From assembly GCA_017447805.1 (NCBI GenBank), contig JAFSMR010000032.1:84803-148802 (forward strand): a stretch of 64,000 nt of DNA, written 5' to 3'. Below, one piece after another: positions 39,401 through 47,585 of the stretch. Position 1 is the first letter of the stretch. The number at the start of each line of letters is the position of its first letter. This stretch comes from Kiritimatiellia bacterium. Its GTDB lineage: Bacteria > Verrucomicrobiota > Kiritimatiellia > RFP12 > UBA1067. Both the position numbers and the translations under genes were made by a program. The notes beneath the pieces were generated by a model. It did no database searches. It worked only from the letters and a program-made list of their open reading frames with translations, and was not told where the DNA came from.

Positions 39401-40905
39401 TGGCTGTCGGTAGCACCATCCTCTTCACCCGCCTCCACCACTGCAAGGGCTGCCTGCCAGAACCAATATGCACTCTGGTCTTCGCCGAACGTATTGAGGT
39501 GGGTGCCGTCCACATTCTTGCCCTTCGAGCTCTGATAGTAGTAGTTGATGGCGGCGGAACGGTTCATCGAGGGGAACGCCGTGCAAATACGATCGACTTC
39601 GCTGTTCATCCAGGTGAGGTAGTATGTATTCAAATCAACGAACGCAACGCACGTCTCGCCCTGCGCAATCTTGTCCTCGACCCACGCTCTACCGGCATCC
39701 CTGATGCCGGCGAGCGATGCTTCCCAGTATTTCGTCGTGCTGTTCCAAGAGGTATGACGCTCGACCGGCGAGACTATGAGGAGCTTTGCACCTGCAGTTT
39801 TCGCGTCCGTGAGATACGTTTCGAGGTTGTTCGTGTAGCTCGCCACACTCCCTTCGTTGTGGCCGTATTCCACATAGAGATAGTCGTCAGGCTTGAGGAG
39901 GCACGACTGGCGGTGCGTTTTGGCGTTCGTGGCAAGACCGCCCTCGCCCTGGTTGCAGATGGAAATATCCGCCGGCGCCCAGCGCGAAAGCCCCGCGCCC
40001 ACGCCGCCGTAGTTCTGGCCGGAGAAGAACGGCACAGCCATCGGATAGTCGCAGCCGGTCGAATCCGTGCAGATCCAAATCGACTTGCCCACATTCATAT
40101 TATCTACCGCCTCGCCGCGCACAGTGCCGCTCGTCTGCGGCCGCTTCACGACCGTCACCGACGCAAGCGCCGCATTCTCGCCAACTACGCAGACATTGAT
40201 CGCGTTGTCGCGGTAGGAATCGGAATACGCCTTGGCATAGTTCGGCGCGAGCTCAACCGACCACGCGAAGGTGCGCGTTTCGCCGGGAGCGAGCGTCATG
40301 TGATGAGCATGAAGATGCGAGCGCTCGGAGTAAAGCGTCACATCCGCATTCGCCGTAGAAGAGGCGTTAGCGACCGTACAAGTGACGGCATAATAAGCGC
40401 GCTCTTCGGCCCTCATCGCAAAACGCACCGGATAGCGTCCTTCGTATGGCGAGGCACCTGAGGGAAGGTAATCTTCCATCGCAGGACCCTTGACGCAGGA
40501 TATGTTGTTCAGGTCGTTCGTATCGGAAAGGACGATATACTGCCCTTCCACTACGCTAAATCCGTCAATCTGGCGCACATCGGTCACTTTGGAGCCGACT
40601 GGCACATCATTCTTGTAGGAATCCGCCGTCGTCCCGAGGAAGCCGTAGGAGAAGGTTGGCGTTTCGCCGGTATAGTAGCCCGTGCCTTGCACATCATATA
40701 CGGCGCTCGCAGGCACGGCAAAGCCCTCCCCTTCACCTACCGAATTCACGCCGAAGGTGAACTTGTATACGCGATCCTCTGGGACCGGCCCGGTAGTAAA
40801 TGCGCATAGATTTAGCGCTGACATGCAGAAAACGACTGAAAAGGCCACTTTAGAGGCCAATTCCCTTAACTTATCTTTATCTCTCACCCTTTTAACCCTT
40901 CTCAA
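33469..40905 (-). CDS. giant secreted multidomain protein (2478 aa): SGNH/CE12-like esterase, InlB-B-repeat-like modules, autotransporter-associated beta-strand (PATR) repeats
   Basis: Signal/anchor MSALNLCAF. SGNH blocks are ICTDSTG, YVEYGHNEG and DGTHLNTFG (nt ~39436-40083). Four FxGW/NW modules follow (FLGWLDANSEVV, FVNWTDSGDEVV, FVNWTDAGGNEI, FLGWKDGDGTTI). PATR motifs are KTGSGTLVLIGSNSFYGELTVSAGTVKVG (nt ~36000-36100) and KNGTGVLTLIGTNAFTGAVNVNAGTLKLGG (~34870-34970). Confidence 0.9.
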   Translation of the reverse strand: MRRVKRVRDKDKLRELASKVAFSVVFCMSALNLCAFTTGPVPEDRVYKFTFGVNSVGEGEGFAVPASAVYDVQGTGYYTGETPTFSYGFLGTTADSYKNDVPVGSKVTDVRQIDGFSVVEGQYIVLSDTNDLNNISCVKGPAMEDYLPSGASPYEGRYPVRFAMRAEERAYYAVTCTVANASSTANADVTLYSERSHLHAHHMTLAPGETRTFAWSVELAPNYAKAYSDSYRDNAINVCVVGENAALASVTVVKRPQTSGTVRGEAVDNMNVGKSIWICTDSTGCDYPMAVPFFSGQNYGGVGAGLSRWAPADISICNQGEGGLATNAKTHRQSCLLKPDDYLYVEYGHNEGSVASYTNNLETYLTDAKTAGAKLLIVSPVERHTSWNSTTKYWEASLAGIRDAGRAWVEDKIAQGETCVAFVDLNTYYLTWMNSEVDRICTAFPSMNRSAAINYYYQSSKGKNVDGTHLNTFGEDQSAYWFWQAALAVVEAGEEDGATDSQQKQAAVVRGITTGLQTKLGLGTAIENLPYEVSNEIIAAGVAPNTFWDTPVSVGYDYVNDAVVAGVAASTNADGTVTISGVTMRILNPGNYYKAVIDVVSADAATTNRYYTYSNYDVGGINATSGTIINPDKAGFLASDLPNGNEATAAKMDTLTIPAGGKAYVWFAVADDETWQVGENGPCSAKYPVEAWSKVLVDDNGEDASNWSAVTQSEYTFTENEAGYYDFTGTGYASDGKTKKNFGMFRAFDDANAISNGRYRVSFKVLYTAGKFTFHMINAKGTTTSPTGGGLNIFQLTGKTANTFGSSDIGITLVKDNEDALVPANNINVDKWVDVDMIVDMDLGTAEVSVGGSAYATYTVSAYSQDAAIANLPYNFFSFSLESQMSHFGALDDVKVVQLAATSTLPNVTVAAEPNNGTLGTVTINGESVASAEVEMNSAVTLVATPAEGCVFLGWLDANSEVVSEDATWTIERCHNALSVTADFRAVITASATSSDDEMGSVTINGQATASLQINSGSDVLFKAISSDTALYKFVNWTDSGDEVVSTKSSLGIEGATENLSYTANFAAYGEEENRVITWDFSDYFGEAAVSETISKNTKEHVNNGLSMFLANGDTLTTDGLYWGNVLFNKGTGSDSGRHIEYVAPADGSITITFQVGGVTEGGGKYVYPYLLVATNEQAMAASSVYASKKADAANTDQILTFDVTAGTLYRIYSYYSNRSTWVKITDITYSYAPVYYNAGTAVNDANIGTATATPARVFGGKETVFSAKPVSGAYRFVNWTDAGGNEISASATFLQAIPGDTVYTANFASLDADSQYTAKMDFGMYAGDNSLTVAKADGTVVVTNGFFEIYLSGTDYGDDTITANGIYWHVPANDIYTNAKKAAYSADQPCDYAHYIKLTAPYSGTVSLVFKTDKVVSKRELSMNVTSGTLAETTRNNKIDDLTVSNANTDYTFTCEVEAGETYWFWCASQNWSGANNPTATTISSIAYTHVSDMTTLSLSNDARMGAVSVNGTPNIESCNVQKGETLHFKAVPASERFAFLGWKDGDGTTISTDSEMWLSVTEPLTISTAWQRVNNFETFEIAVEEDVTTNQVGAIDASGNVKKTGSGTLVLIGSNSFYGELTVSAGTVKVGDYTDIAGLYFDVDASDTSTYTYTKDENGDDTELVTNIVSKVNSSHVMETILAVSGKDTYTAECPVVTNIGNCAALASDKLRLTSKVNILSTSGSYTTFSVAQYVDAISTHYLGDWSDTSYGNRYGFRTSSNKIRFYSYNDFVATADEKIWVNGETNVAIAANTPFVFSSTQIPIRTGSNSGSARNIFLGSGGKMIWGETVIYSRILDAAELRVIEEYLGAKWGVGDYSYSPVPVAADITVKDGATLDLGNAMPLTVTTMTLESGATLKLPAIPANGIVANTTFGTAGVVEGVTIVTNGVDITEDYLLRQTATAIVIEERQPPVYEYDSDEDEKVIGTFETYKNRASIVKNGTGVLTLIGTNAFTGAVNVNAGTLKLGGYRDIGGMTSDFDVSADGAVVEIDEVLTLKDSMTGSDNVLANASTAAELVEEAATMNGKMSLKGASFKMNMETAVSAKTTILAMHPFCGTTSWNVLMTDNESYSITCRNSSSWNKKGKNNGDYYGTDGIWQNGKDVDGKTQTTPMVMSIVGQWTKSNPACINLGWNSASGTQAYSELITYSHELTTAEREAVEAQLMHKWGISNVAYTPMPTGASVSIAANAALDLGGLTQTIAALNVAAGGVVTNGTLIVTSEPEIADGAYAKATDNGDGTWNVVYQMPAPTTNDENAEVTDNGDGSYTVEVKAEEVALTVPDGVTVSEVVVSTNTTTVTGIPTGEGAPTLKVAVAWGAGDDQKATYAIVSVGAGGTITLNEDAVVTVGEEEIPLKPAPTEASDETKPLVVDEDEGVSVGVKTILGLVYRLMRGTEPTDEAINEQRAVETATGSRTSLSDSEIPSGAMFYKITVDVK

Positions 40906-41042
40906 TAAACCCCAAAATCGAGGTTACAAGTGAAATTATATCATATTTCTCCGATTCTGTAACTATACCAAGGTATAGTAATATCGGCTTCGTCGCGGTG
41001 CGCTGCGCACCACCATTCGTCATTGCGAAGCGGCGGCGAGCC

Positions 41043-41216
41043 CTTGTGTTCTCCTATCCTCCATGCTTAATCATAAAAGATGAAGAATCAAGGTGAAGGT
41101 GAACAATGGTGACAATTCCTTTCTACAACTACGACTACAACTACAACTAAACATCTAAACACCTGAACATCTGAACATCTGAACTTTCTGAACGCGGCGA
41201 AGCCTCCCTGAACTTT
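41043..41216. repeat. modular repeat: conserved core (TTCTCCTATCCTCCATGCTTAATCATAAAA) followed by a drifting word array CTACAA to CTAAAC to CTGAAC, plus a GAAG-loop hairpin
   Basis: The array reads CTACAACTACGACTACAACTACAACTAAACATCTAAACACCTGAACATCTGAACATCTGAACTTTCTGAACGCGGCGAAGCCTCCCTGAAC. The core recurs at 57548-57578 and, as reverse complement, at 20627-20650. Confidence 0.75.
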
Positions 41217-41229
41217 CCAAACTTTGCAC

Positions 41230-41259
41230 TTGATTCAGGGTGGGGGAATTTGGTATAAT
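41230..41259 (+). promoter_or_regulatory. sigma-70-type promoter (TTGATT-18-TATAAT, extended TGG) for rubredoxin
   Basis: TTGATT at 41230-41235 and TGGTATAAT ending at 41259. Confidence 0.45.
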
Positions 41260-41298
41260 TTGGGGCATAAAATTCGAAAAAAGAAAGGATGCTACGAA

Positions 41299-41433
41299 AT
41301 GAAGTACACTTGTCAAGTTTGCGGTTATGTATATGATCCAGCGGAAAACGGCGGAGTCGCGTTTGAAGACCTCCCGGCGGACTGGGTTTGCCCCCTTTGC
41401 GGCGTTGGCAAAGACCAGTTCATCGCTTCCTAA
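41299..41433 (+). CDS. rubredoxin
   Basis: [14 protein letters not shown]...[14 protein letters not shown] (44 aa, two CxxCG knuckles). An internal start was chosen over the track ORF. Confidence 0.85.
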   Translation: MKYTCQVCGYVYDPAENGGVAFEDLPADWVCPLCGVGKDQFIAS

Positions 41434-41489
41434 TTTCTAATTTCTAACCCCTAATTCCTAATTCCTAATTTCTAATTCCTAATTCCTAA
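41431..41489. repeat. CTAATTY short-word tandem array filling the rubredoxin-Hrb spacer
   Basis: The array reads TAATTTCTAATTTCTAACCCCTAATTCCTAATTCCTAATTTCTAATTCCTAATTCCTAAGG and runs straight into the GGAGG SD of the next gene. The same words form the inverted repeats at 57468-57607. Confidence 0.8.
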
Positions 41490-41501
41490 GGAGGTAAAAC
41501 T

Positions 41502-42146
41502 ATGGAAGCGGCGGCGTTTTTCAAAATTGGCTATGGCCTCTATGTAGTCACTACGCGCGATGGCGAAAAAGATAACGGCATGATCTGCAACACGATTGTG
41601 CAGGTAACCAATACTCCCGCAAGACTCGCCGTGACCATAAACAAGCAGAATTTCACCCACGATACAATCAAGAAAACGGGGCTCTTAAATATCAATGTGC
41701 TCGATGAATCGGCGAGCTTCGCCGTTTTCCAGCGCTTCGGATTCAAGTCGGGACGCGATAGCGATAAATTCGAGGGTTTCGAGTTCACTCGCGGGGAAAA
41801 CAATCTAGCGGTTTTGAGCAGTTGCGTAAACGCCGTATTCGAACTTAGGGAATCTAGCTACATAGACCTCGGCACCCACGGCATGTTCATTTGCGATGTA
41901 ACAGCGGCAAAGGTGGTAAGCGATAAGCCTACAATGACCTACGCCTATTATCAGGCGAATGTAAAGCCAAATCCCCTCGCGGGGCTTCAAAAAGCCGCGG
42001 GCGAAAAGAAGAAGTGGGTTTGCAAAATCTGCGGTTATGTATACGATCCAGAGGAAAATGATGGCGTAACATTCGAAGATTTGCCGTCAGATTGGGTATG
42101 TCCATGGTGCAAGCACCCGAAGAGCGACTTTGAGCCAATAGGATAA
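41502..42146 (+). CDS. flavin reductase-like domain fused to rubredoxin (high-molecular-weight rubredoxin, Hrb-like)
   Basis: The N-terminal ~165 aa looks like an FMN-binding split barrel ([21 protein letters not shown]). The C-terminus [12 protein letters not shown]...[11 protein letters not shown] is a rubredoxin. Confidence 0.8.
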   Translation: MEAAAFFKIGYGLYVVTTRDGEKDNGMICNTIVQVTNTPARLAVTINKQNFTHDTIKKTGLLNINVLDESASFAVFQRFGFKSGRDSDKFEGFEFTRGENNLAVLSSCVNAVFELRESSYIDLGTHGMFICDVTAAKVVSDKPTMTYAYYQANVKPNPLAGLQKAAGEKKKWVCKICGYVYDPEENDGVTFEDLPSDWVCPWCKHPKSDFEPIG

Positions 42147-42172
42147 AATAAACAAAAATAGCCCCTTGCCGT

Positions 42173-42201
42173 TGACAAAGGCGCAAAAAAAGCATAAAAT
42201 A
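42173..42201 (+). promoter_or_regulatory. sigma-70-type promoter (TTGACA-17-TAAAAT) for the mreB operon
   Basis: TTGACA at 42173-42178, a 17-nt spacer, and TAAAAT at 42196-42201. An AGGAG SD lies at 42241. Confidence 0.5.
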
Positions 42202-42249
42202 TGTGCGAATAATCTCTTAAAGAGCCAAAAGTGGTAGCATAGGAGCAAG

Positions 42250-43299
42250 ATGTTTGGGATATTTGGAAAGTTGAGAAGTCTTTTTTCGACCGATATCGGT
42301 ATCGACCTCGGTACCGCTAACTCGCTTGTATATGTAAAAGATCGTGGAATTGTTCTTCGCGAACCTTCGGTAGTCGCTATTCAATCGGGCTCGAAGCATG
42401 TGCTTGCGGTTGGCGAAGAGGCCAAGCAGATGCTTGGGCGCACCCCCGGCAACATAATTGCGATACGCCCGATGAAGAGCGGCGTAATCGCCGATTTCGA
42501 TATTACCGAGGCGATGATATCATATTTCATCCGCAAAGTAGTTCCGCGGCGCTTTTGGTCGAATATGAAATGGGCGCGTCCGAGGATGGTAATCGCGGTC
42601 CCTAGCGGAATTACCGAAGTAGAAAAGCGCGCGGTAGAAGACGCGGCGAAAAACGCCGGCGCGAGCGATGTAATTTTGGTCGAGGAGCCAATGGCTGCGG
42701 CAATTGGCGTAGGCCTGCCGGTTTCCGAACCCGCCGGCTCGATGATCGTAGATATCGGCGGCGGAACATGCGAAGTTGCGATTATATCGCTCGCCGGAAT
42801 CGTCCACTCCAAGAGCCAGCGGGCGGCAGGCGGCGATGCCATGGATGATTGCATCCGCGCATATGTGAAGAAGGTATATAATCTTCATATCGGCGAGAGA
42901 ACCGCAGAAGAGGTAAAGATTAAAATAGGAAGCGCATTTCCGACGGGCGAAGAAAATTCGATGGATGTGCGCGGCATGGATGTAGTAACAGGGTTGCCCA
43001 AGACCCTTACGATAACTTCAGAGGAAATTCGCAGCGCGCTTCAAGACCCCGTAACGCTGATTGTCGATACGGTGCGCTCTACGCTGGATAAATGCGAACC
43101 GGAACTGGCGGCGGACCTAATCGACCGCGGGCTTGTGTTATCCGGCGGAAGTTCGCAGCTGCGCGGTCTCGATAAGCTACTTTCGAAAGAAACCGGTCTT
43201 CCGGTCGTCGTTGCGGATGATCCGCTATCGGCAGTGGCTGAAGGAACGGGCCAAGTAATGAGCGAACTCGATTTCCTCTCAAGGCACAAAAAAGCGTAA
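42250..43299 (+). CDS. mreB: rod shape-determining protein MreB
   Basis: DIGIDLGTANSLVY, VIAVPSGITEVEKRA and DIGGGTCEVAI actin-fold motifs. Confidence 0.96.
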   Translation: MFGIFGKLRSLFSTDIGIDLGTANSLVYVKDRGIVLREPSVVAIQSGSKHVLAVGEEAKQMLGRTPGNIIAIRPMKSGVIADFDITEAMISYFIRKVVPRRFWSNMKWARPRMVIAVPSGITEVEKRAVEDAAKNAGASDVILVEEPMAAAIGVGLPVSEPAGSMIVDIGGGTCEVAIISLAGIVHSKSQRAAGGDAMDDCIRAYVKKVYNLHIGERTAEEVKIKIGSAFPTGEENSMDVRGMDVVTGLPKTLTITSEEIRSALQDPVTLIVDTVRSTLDKCEPELAADLIDRGLVLSGGSSQLRGLDKLLSKETGLPVVVADDPLSAVAEGTGQVMSELDFLSRHKKA

Positions 43300-43342
43300 G
43301 GCCAGGGCCGCCCCTCGCTATTCTTAGGAGGAAAGGCGGAAT

Positions 43343-44134
43343 TTGAGAAGAGATATAAAAAGCAGCACTTTTGCGATCGTCGCGATAGCGACGGTGCTCG
43401 TGATTCTTCTCGCATTCATCCGTTCTTGCTCGGTAGAAAGCGCGTATAGCGTAGAAAAAGCGAAGCGCACATTTTCGGATAAAGTAATCCACCGCATTAA
43501 AGCGATGTTCTCGAGCAGCGCGACCTCGCAAGAAAATCTTCGCTTGAAGCGCAAGGTCGCGCTACTGGCGATGGTCGAAGGCGATTGCCGAAGACTGGAA
43601 GAAGAAAATGCGCGCCTCAGGGAGGTCTTGGGCTACGCGAAAAAGATGCCCGGCAGATGGCTCGCGGCGGAAGTTCTTTCCGAAGGCGGCGGCGCCGCAG
43701 GCGCGAGAAAGACCATTCGCGCCGGCAAAGGATATTTCGCCGGTGTAAAGAAAGATGCGGCGGTTGCCGTTCCCGAAGGTTTGGTCGGTAGAGTAATAAA
43801 CGTAACGGCCCATACCTCGGAAATTCTTCTTGTTACCGACCCTGCACTAAAAGTAAGCTGCACCATAGATGGCCAGGCGGGGGCAAAAGCGATTCTTTCG
43901 GGCGGGTCGAACGATATTTTGACTATGCGGCATTTTACGGCCGGCGCAGATATTGTAGCCGGGTCTAAAGTTTATACGTCGGGTATTGGCGGAATATTCC
44001 CTGCCGGGATCCCAGTCGGCACTTTGCAAGGGAATTTGCGACAAGATGCAGGGGAGCTTTTGCCCGAGTGTGAAGTTCGGCCGACTGTGGATTTTACCAC
44101 ATTGGAGGATGTCTTCATACGCTGTGAAAACTGA
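43343..44134 (+). CDS. mreC: rod shape-determining protein MreC
   Basis: TTG start after an AGGAGG SD, N-terminal TM, coiled coil (ENLRLKRKVALL...ENARLREVL), and a C-terminal beta domain (SGIGGIFPAGIPVG). Confidence 0.8.
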   Translation: MRRDIKSSTFAIVAIATVLVILLAFIRSCSVESAYSVEKAKRTFSDKVIHRIKAMFSSSATSQENLRLKRKVALLAMVEGDCRRLEEENARLREVLGYAKKMPGRWLAAEVLSEGGGAAGARKTIRAGKGYFAGVKKDAAVAVPEGLVGRVINVTAHTSEILLVTDPALKVSCTIDGQAGAKAILSGGSNDILTMRHFTAGADIVAGSKVYTSGIGGIFPAGIPVGTLQGNLRQDAGELLPECEVRPTVDFTTLEDVFIRCEN

Positions 44135-44579
44135 AATCATCCAATTGGTGCTTGCATTGCTAAGCTTGATTTTCGGAGGGGCGCTAGAGGAGATGCTGCC
44201 GAAATTTTCCGGCGTCGGCTTTCCGTTTCTTCTTATGGCGTCGATATTCTGGGCGTCAAAAAGAAGCCTGACCGCTATGATAATGTTCTCGATCGCCGCT
44301 GGTTCCTTCGAAGATGCGCTTTCGAACCTGCCATTCGCGACGAGCCTCGCCTATTTTACTCTCATTGCAGCATTCACAAGAACTACGGAGCTAAAATACA
44401 GCGCATTCGCGTTTTCGTATCCCATATATCAGATTTGGCTTTGGATGTGGCTGCCGGGGCTCTCTGGCGGCGTATTTACGAGATTCCTCGTGTCGATTCC
44501 CGTCGGCCTTGTTTGTGCGTGGGCAAGCTCAATGATTCTCGAATGGCTAGATAGGAAAGGAGCGGTCGGTGAAGAATAG
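44109..44579 (+). CDS. mreD: rod shape-determining protein MreD (start uncertain)
   Basis: Polytopic hydrophobic protein of ~156 aa between mreC and mrdA. Candidate starts are ATG 44109 and GTG 44124, and both overlap the mreC end. Confidence 0.6.
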   Translation: MSSYAVKTEIIQLVLALLSLIFGGALEEMLPKFSGVGFPFLLMASIFWASKRSLTAMIMFSIAAGSFEDALSNLPFATSLAYFTLIAAFTRTTELKYSAFAFSYPIYQIWLWMWLPGLSGGVFTRFLVSIPVGLVCAWASSMILEWLDRKGAVGEE

Positions 44580-46356
44580 CGCCAATCATCGAACTGGCGA
44601 TATTACGTGCCTCGCCTTCGCCGCGCTTTTCCTCGCGGGATTTTCCGCGCTCGCCTTCAAGCTGGAATATGTGCAGCTTGATAATGTTGCCGAGATGTCG
44701 TATTACGCCGAGCGCCAAAGCGTAAGAAGAGTGAAATTCGCCGGCGAAAGAGGAAGAATTCTCACCGCCGACGGAACAATCCTTGCCGCAAACAGGCCCA
44801 CTAGGGCGATAGTCGTAAATCCCGATTCATACCAGCTCAGGACATGGGATTCGACCGTTTCGAATATCCTTTCTACACTCTCGCGTCTCGAACCGATTAT
44901 CGAGCGCCCTTCGATTCTTCAAGCAAAGGATATACGAAAGCATCTCGAAAAATCTATCGCGATGCCAATCATCGCTTGGCGAGATTTGACAGATGAAGAA
45001 CTCGCGCGTTTCAGCGAGCACCAACTTGATTTCCCCGGATTAGATTGTGAAGAAACCCTCGAGCGGATATATCCGCAAGGCTCCTTCGCTTCGCATTTGA
45101 TTGGCTATGTTGGACGCGACAAAATCAAAAGTATCGATGGGGATTCCCGTGCCTATTATGTCGGCTTCGAGATGCGCGGGCGCGCAGGGCTGGAAGTGCA
45201 TTACGATAGTTATCTTCGCGGAATCCCCGGCGAGATGAATCTAACGGTAGATGCAAGAGGGTTCGCGCACCGGCAAACGACGGTTCTCGAATCGCAAAAA
45301 GGTCCCGACCTCGTTGTTTCGTTAGATACTGCGATGCAGAAAGCGGCTGAAAAAGTCCTTGAAGGTATCAGCGGCGCTTGCGCCGCAATCGACCCGCGAG
45401 ATGGATCGGTTTTGGTTCTGGCAAGTTCGCCGGCATACGACCCTAACGACTTTGTTCCGGTTTTGCGCACGGCGCTTTGGAAAGATCTATCGAAGGATAA
45501 GTCTAAACCACTTCTCAATCGCGCGACGAGCGGCAGTTACGCGCCTGGCTCGACCTTCAAAACGATTACGGCGTTCGCCGCCATGCAAGCGGGCGTTTCC
45601 CCTACGGAAGAAATCGAGTGCTCCGGCGCATTCGTTTTAGGGAAGATGAAAATCCGCTGCACTGGCGTGTGGGGTCATGGACCGATGAATCTGGAAAGAG
45701 CGCTTGCAAAAAGCTGCAATCCATATTTCTGCGAAGCCGGAATGCGCGCGGGCACGAATCTTCTGATAAGAACAGCGCGCAAATTCGGTCTCGGGGAAAA
45801 GACCGGCATAGATTTTTCCGATGAGGCGCGCGGGGTTGTTCCAGATGCCGAGTGGAAAAAAGAGCATTGGAACGAAAATTGGTATCCGGGCGATCTTCCG
45901 CAGATGTCGATAGGCCAAGGCATGTTGCTAGTTACGCCTTTGCAAATGGCGCGTGTCGCAGGCGCAATCGGCACGGGGTATCTCGCTACTCCCCATCTAA
46001 AGGCCGGTGAAGAAACGAAAAAGATTCCACTCCCCTTCCCGAAATGGCAACTCGATGCGGTGAAAAAAGGAATGAATAAAGTCGTTCAATCCGGGACAGG
46101 CAAGCGCGCAGGGGAAAGGCTGAATGTAAAAGTCGCCGGCAAGACTGGCACGGCAGAAGTCGGCGCGGGCGCAACGAGACGCAAAAACGCGTGGTTTATC
46201 GCATACGCGCCGGCGGAAAATCCGACAGTCGCGCTCGCGATTGTCATCGAGTGCGGCGAATCCGGCGGCGCTACAGCCGCGCCCAAAGCGCGCGAAATCC
46301 TCAAAGCGAAATTCGGCGAATTGGCTGCAATAGAAGAAGAGGAGGAGGCGCTATGA
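44569..46356 (+). CDS. mrdA: penicillin-binding protein 2 (elongasome transpeptidase)
   Basis: GTG start. Has the STFK active-site motif (GSTFKTITAF), SCN (KSCNPYF) and KTGTAE. Confidence 0.9.
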   Translation: MKNSANHRTGDITCLAFAALFLAGFSALAFKLEYVQLDNVAEMSYYAERQSVRRVKFAGERGRILTADGTILAANRPTRAIVVNPDSYQLRTWDSTVSNILSTLSRLEPIIERPSILQAKDIRKHLEKSIAMPIIAWRDLTDEELARFSEHQLDFPGLDCEETLERIYPQGSFASHLIGYVGRDKIKSIDGDSRAYYVGFEMRGRAGLEVHYDSYLRGIPGEMNLTVDARGFAHRQTTVLESQKGPDLVVSLDTAMQKAAEKVLEGISGACAAIDPRDGSVLVLASSPAYDPNDFVPVLRTALWKDLSKDKSKPLLNRATSGSYAPGSTFKTITAFAAMQAGVSPTEEIECSGAFVLGKMKIRCTGVWGHGPMNLERALAKSCNPYFCEAGMRAGTNLLIRTARKFGLGEKTGIDFSDEARGVVPDAEWKKEHWNENWYPGDLPQMSIGQGMLLVTPLQMARVAGAIGTGYLATPHLKAGEETKKIPLPFPKWQLDAVKKGMNKVVQSGTGKRAGERLNVKVAGKTGTAEVGAGATRRKNAWFIAYAPAENPTVALAIVIECGESGGATAAPKAREILKAKFGELAAIEEEEEAL

Positions 46357-47585
46357 TCAAAAAGCTGCTTAGATTCAATTGGATTCTCTTCTTCTCGATG
46401 CTCGCGCTTATCGCTATAGGAACGAGCGCAATCTGGAGCGCCGGCAATGCGCGCGAGGCGATTTTCCATGGTATGTGGAAAGCGCATTTAGGAACAGCGC
46501 TCTTTTCGCTCGTCATATATTTTGTCATCGCTTTTACGGATTACCACAATATCGTAAGATGGATTTCACCGATATTGTACGCGCTTTCCCTTTTGATGCT
46601 GGTAGTCGTTCTTTTCGCAGGTTCCACTATTTACGGCGGGCGCAGGTGGCTTTGGTTTTTCCAGCCGAGCGAAATCGCAAAACTTTGCACGATATTATTC
46701 CTATCGTTGATTCTTTCTTGGCGCGATGAAGTCGCTAGCGAGAAACCGCAAATAGACGGCAGAGAGATTATCGACGGCGAAAATGATGAAGAAGAAACTA
46801 GCGGCAAGCGCTCCGGTACGTTCAAGATTTTCTGCGCGGCCTCGCTAGTCGCGGCGATTCCGGCCTTCCTTATCCTCATCGAACCGGATCTCGGCACTAC
46901 GCTCGCGCTCGTCCCGGCGGTAATCGCGATGATAATCGCGGCGAATATCTGGCGCAAGGGATTGTTCGCGATTTTGACGATTTTCGCCATCGCCGCATCT
47001 TTCCTTTTCGGCGCCGTATATGAAGCCGAAAAACCAGGTCAAAGCGCAGAGAAGCGCGAGGCGATTTTAAAATACGTGCCTCTAAAAAACCACCAGGTTA
47101 AAAGAATCAAAACATTCCTTTTCCCAGAAGCCGACCAGATGGGCGATGGATACACTTTAAAACAATCCCTTATCGCGATTTCGTCCGGCGAAATGCATGG
47201 GCGCGGTCTTGGAAAGGCGGAAACGAACAGAATGAAATTTCTGCCTTCTTCCGTATCGATGAACGATTTCATATTTTGCGTTTGGGCCGAAGAGACCGGT
47301 TACATGGGCTCGCTGTTGTTGCTCGCGCTGTTTGCGATTCTTTGTTCCTCAGGCGCGTATGTAGCTTGGCGTGCACAAGATACTTGCGGACGAATTCTCG
47401 CGCTGGGCGCAACGACGCTAATCTTCGCGCACGCCTATATCAATATCGCAATGTGCGTCGGGCTTGTCCCGATTACAGGCTTGCCGCTTCCGTTTATTTC
47501 ATCAGGCCGCACGTTTTTGCTTACGGCAATTATCGCGCTCGCGCTTGTACAAAGTATTTCAATTCATAAGGAGATAGAAGAATGA
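46353..47585 (+). CDS. rodA: SEDS-family peptidoglycan polymerase RodA
   Basis: Start at MIKKLLRFNW (ATGA overlap with mrdA). Multi-TM FtsW/RodA family with a GLPLPFISSGRT-type C-terminal motif. It carries an acidic ~40-aa insertion (EVASEKPQIDGREIIDGENDEEETSGKRS). Confidence 0.9.
   Translation: MIKKLLRFNWILFFSMLALIAIGTSAIWSAGNAREAIFHGMWKAHLGTALFSLVIYFVIAFTDYHNIVRWISPILYALSLLMLVVVLFAGSTIYGGRRWLWFFQPSEIAKLCTILFLSLILSWRDEVASEKPQIDGREIIDGENDEEETSGKRSGTFKIFCAASLVAAIPAFLILIEPDLGTTLALVPAVIAMIIAANIWRKGLFAILTIFAIAASFLFGAVYEAEKPGQSAEKREAILKYVPLKNHQVKRIKTFLFPEADQMGDGYTLKQSLIAISSGEMHGRGLGKAETNRMKFLPSSVSMNDFIFCVWAEETGYMGSLLLLALFAILCSSGAYVAWRAQDTCGRILALGATTLIFAHAYINIAMCVGLVPITGLPLPFISSGRTFLLTAIIALALVQSISIHKEIEE

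Noticed and set aside
39499-40461. 320-aa plus-strand ORF (and several other 100-250-aa ORFs between 34.2 and 40.9 kb)
   Set aside because: All are antisense or out of frame within the 2478-aa gene, whose SGNH, PATR and repeat motifs establish the true frame.
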